Positions 62,015-64,000 of a stretch of DNA of 64,000 bases are shown here, piece after piece. The stretch is from an uncultured Spirochaetota bacterium (lineage in GTDB: Bacteria; Spirochaetota; Spirochaetia; SZUA-6; Fen-1364): positions 32,001-96,000 of the forward strand of contig CAVTHO010000008.1 of assembly GCA_963734545.1 (NCBI GenBank), given 5' to 3'. The position numbers and the translations under genes are program-made. The notes beneath the pieces are model-generated. The model had not been told where the DNA came from and did no database searches. It saw only the letters and a program-made list of their open reading frames with translations. Within the stretch, counting starts at the first letter, position 1. Each line of letters starts with the position of its first letter.

Positions 62015-62496
62015 ATGCAGAGGATCAAGGTTGCCAACGGCATATGGTGGGTGAGCATTCCTGAAGAGGGTCTGTCAGTCCTCTGCGGATGCCCTGCCGA
62101 CAGCGTCAAACATCTGATCAAGCGCGGTCTCATTTCCACCGTGGAGCACGAAGAAAAAACCTTCGAAACCGGCCCCAACGCCGTCCTCCTCTCGGATGTT
62201 GCGGTGCAGAACGGGGAGTTCGCAAATCTTGCGGAGTTTTCTCAATATCTTGATGTCGTCGACCTCGGCCTGGATGCCTGGAACGATGTCGATGGCCTGG
62301 AAGTGAAGCCTGCTCTCTCGGCTCACCCGATGTGCTTCTCACAAGGCGGAAGTTGTTCGAGGCACGCGCCCTGGCGGACGCGCTTGTTCTCCAGGTCCCA
62401 CATGACGTGCTGCGCGATATCCCGATTGTACAATGGAAACTGCTGGAGACGCTGGAAAGGCGGCTGATGACTGCGGCGAAAAAAGGCCCCCGATAG
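62015..62496 (+). pseudogene. Internally deleted relic of a metallo-beta-lactamase-fold/cNMP-binding protein
   Basis: N-terminus LCGCPADSVKHL...ETGPNAVLLSD...NLAEF joined to WNDVDGLEVKP..SAHP, then in another frame the C-terminal IPIVQWKLLET. I recall the intact family as several hundred aa longer. Confidence 0.62.
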
Positions 62497-62523
62497 AACC
62501 CCGAGGTCAAGAGGAGAACGATT

Positions 62524-63696
62524 ATGCGCAAGGGACTGTTCGGGAGGAAGAACAAAGATACGGCCGGGGACCCGGACACGGGGCAGACGAATCCACCCAA
62601 GGAGCGCACGGCGCCCGTTGAGGAGAAGAAGCCTGGTCCGCAGCCGGGCCCCGGCAGGAGAACCGATTCCTGGGAGTTGGCAAGACTTATCAACCCTGCG
62701 TCATGGCTGGCCATGCGGGAGAGCTTTGTCAAGAGGCGCGAAAAGGAGAAGCAGGATCTCGACGTCTATCGGGTACTCTCAGACGGGGCGCGGCCGAGCG
62801 CGGAGTACTACGTGCTGATCGTGCTCTCCTGCCTCATTGCAACGATGGGGCTCATCCAGGGGTCGGTTGCCGTCATCATCGGCGCAATGATAATTGCTCC
62901 GCTCATGACGCCGATTCTCGGCTTCTCGCTCGGCGTCATCTGGGGAGATCTCCGGCTCCTGAGGATCGCCCTCTCGTCTCTGGTCAAGGGAGTTCTCCTC
63001 GCGGTCGTGATATCCGGGCTTCTTGCATTTGCAGTTCCGATCTCCCACTTCTCAGGGGAGATCTCTTCCCGCGCAAATCCGTCCCTGTTTGATATTATCG
63101 TCGCCCTCGGGTCAGGGGCCCTCGCGGCATATGGCTACGCGAACAAGAAGGTCAGCAGCGCGCTCACGGGCATCGCCATTGCCGTGGCGCTCATGCCCCC
63201 ACTGTGCACCGTGGGCATCGGCCTCGGCAAGCTCGACCCGCGCATCGCCTCGGGCGCAGCGGTGCTCTTCGCAATCAATCTTGTCTCCATTTCCCTTGCC
63301 GCGGCGGTCGTCTTCTGGCTCATGAAGATTCACCCCCTGTCGGAGGACAGGGCGGTCGTCAAGCGTCGCGCGTTGTGGCAGATCGCCCTGTCGGTCGTGC
63401 TGCTGAGCGTCATTACGATTCCAGTGGTCCTTTATATGCGTACGGGATATGCGCTGGAACACGCCCAGAGTGACGCACGCCGCCTGATCGCGGAGACCAT
63501 TCCGGGCAGCTCGGTGCTTTCGGCGGAAGCCCTGCACACGGGAGGCGGAAACGCCCTCCACCTGACGATCGCCGCGGAGAGGGAGGTCGCGAAGGATGAG
63601 ATTCGCCTGCTTGCATCCGATATCGAACGCCGCAATCCCGTCCTCATGCGGGCGGAAATCACCGTCATAAAGGCAACCGAGTACACCACCCAGTAG
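62524..63696 (+). CDS. DUF389 (TIGR00341-type) membrane protein
   Basis: SVAVIIGAMIIAPLMTPI, GIAIAVALMPPL, AINLVSI. Confidence 0.9.
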   Translation: MRKGLFGRKNKDTAGDPDTGQTNPPKERTAPVEEKKPGPQPGPGRRTDSWELARLINPASWLAMRESFVKRREKEKQDLDVYRVLSDGARPSAEYYVLIVLSCLIATMGLIQGSVAVIIGAMIIAPLMTPILGFSLGVIWGDLRLLRIALSSLVKGVLLAVVISGLLAFAVPISHFSGEISSRANPSLFDIIVALGSGALAAYGYANKKVSSALTGIAIAVALMPPLCTVGIGLGKLDPRIASGAAVLFAINLVSISLAAAVVFWLMKIHPLSEDRAVVKRRALWQIALSVVLLSVITIPVVLYMRTGYALEHAQSDARRLIAETIPGSSVLSAEALHTGGGNALHLTIAAEREVAKDEIRLLASDIERRNPVLMRAEITVIKATEYTTQ

Positions 63697-63798
63697 CATG
63701 ACCAGATAGTGAGCATTGTCCCGGAGAAGGCCGCTCTCCCGCCAATTCGGCGGGAGAGACTGCTCTTTGGCAGCGAGGCGTCTTTTTTTTCGATGAAA

Positions 63799-64000
63799 GC
63801 AGCAGGGTTTCGTATGCATCCGGTGAGGGGACTGAAAAACTCTCCTCGATCCCCCTGTTCAAGAAGCGGGAGCAGGTCACTTATTACCGAATCAACAGGA
63901 GGGCCGGCGCGAACGAGCAGCATGACTGCGCGCGGCGGGCGGAGCAGGCCGATGAACCCCTTGATATCAGCCATACCTGTCACATCACGTTCCCTGGATT
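63799..64000 (-). pseudogene. gnd: Truncated gnd fragment joined to a short zwf-like fragment
   Basis: FIGLLRPPRAVMLLVRAGPPVDSVISDLLPLLEQGD (6PGDH N-domain) breaks at ~63850 and is followed by EESFSVPSPDAYETLL (G6PD C-terminal-like). The 5' part lies outside the window. Confidence 0.65.

Overview
GC-rich bacterial chromosome segment, most likely from a free-living spirochaete, judged from the 16S 5' signature, a tRNA-Ala-only ITS and the gene set. From left to right: (1) the 5' ~9.3 kb of a giant minus-strand LEPR-XLL surface protein (>3100 aa, absent from the ORF track because its stop lies outside the window); (2) an HsdR C-terminal relic and an MNT-HEPN toxin-antitoxin pair abutting a complete minus-strand rRNA operon (16S, tRNA-Ala, 23S, 5S); (3) a housekeeping block: two CDP-alcohol phosphatidyltransferases, an ATP-cone kinase, T-box-controlled thrS, a glycosyltransferase, tkt, yajC-secD-secF, a tandem MerR regulator, apbE, groEL, birA, zwf-opcA-pgl, trpB2 with a Trp-codon attenuator, a cyclophilin-FKBP fusion, a PHP-ACT protein and pdhABC-lpdA; (4) a two-component system, a glycosyltransferase/HAD pair, a ClC channel, DUF389 and deletion-collapsed gene relics. 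Many essential genes between ~20 and 56 kb carry single-base frameshifts that look like long-read errors, so their coordinates are approximate. The most interesting non-genic signal is a covarying structured repeat (three tandem units after lpdA, one more copy after the glycosyltransferase) that presents CsrA-type CANGGAUG sites in hairpin loops. Several genes also appear to be transcribed as leaderless mRNAs.
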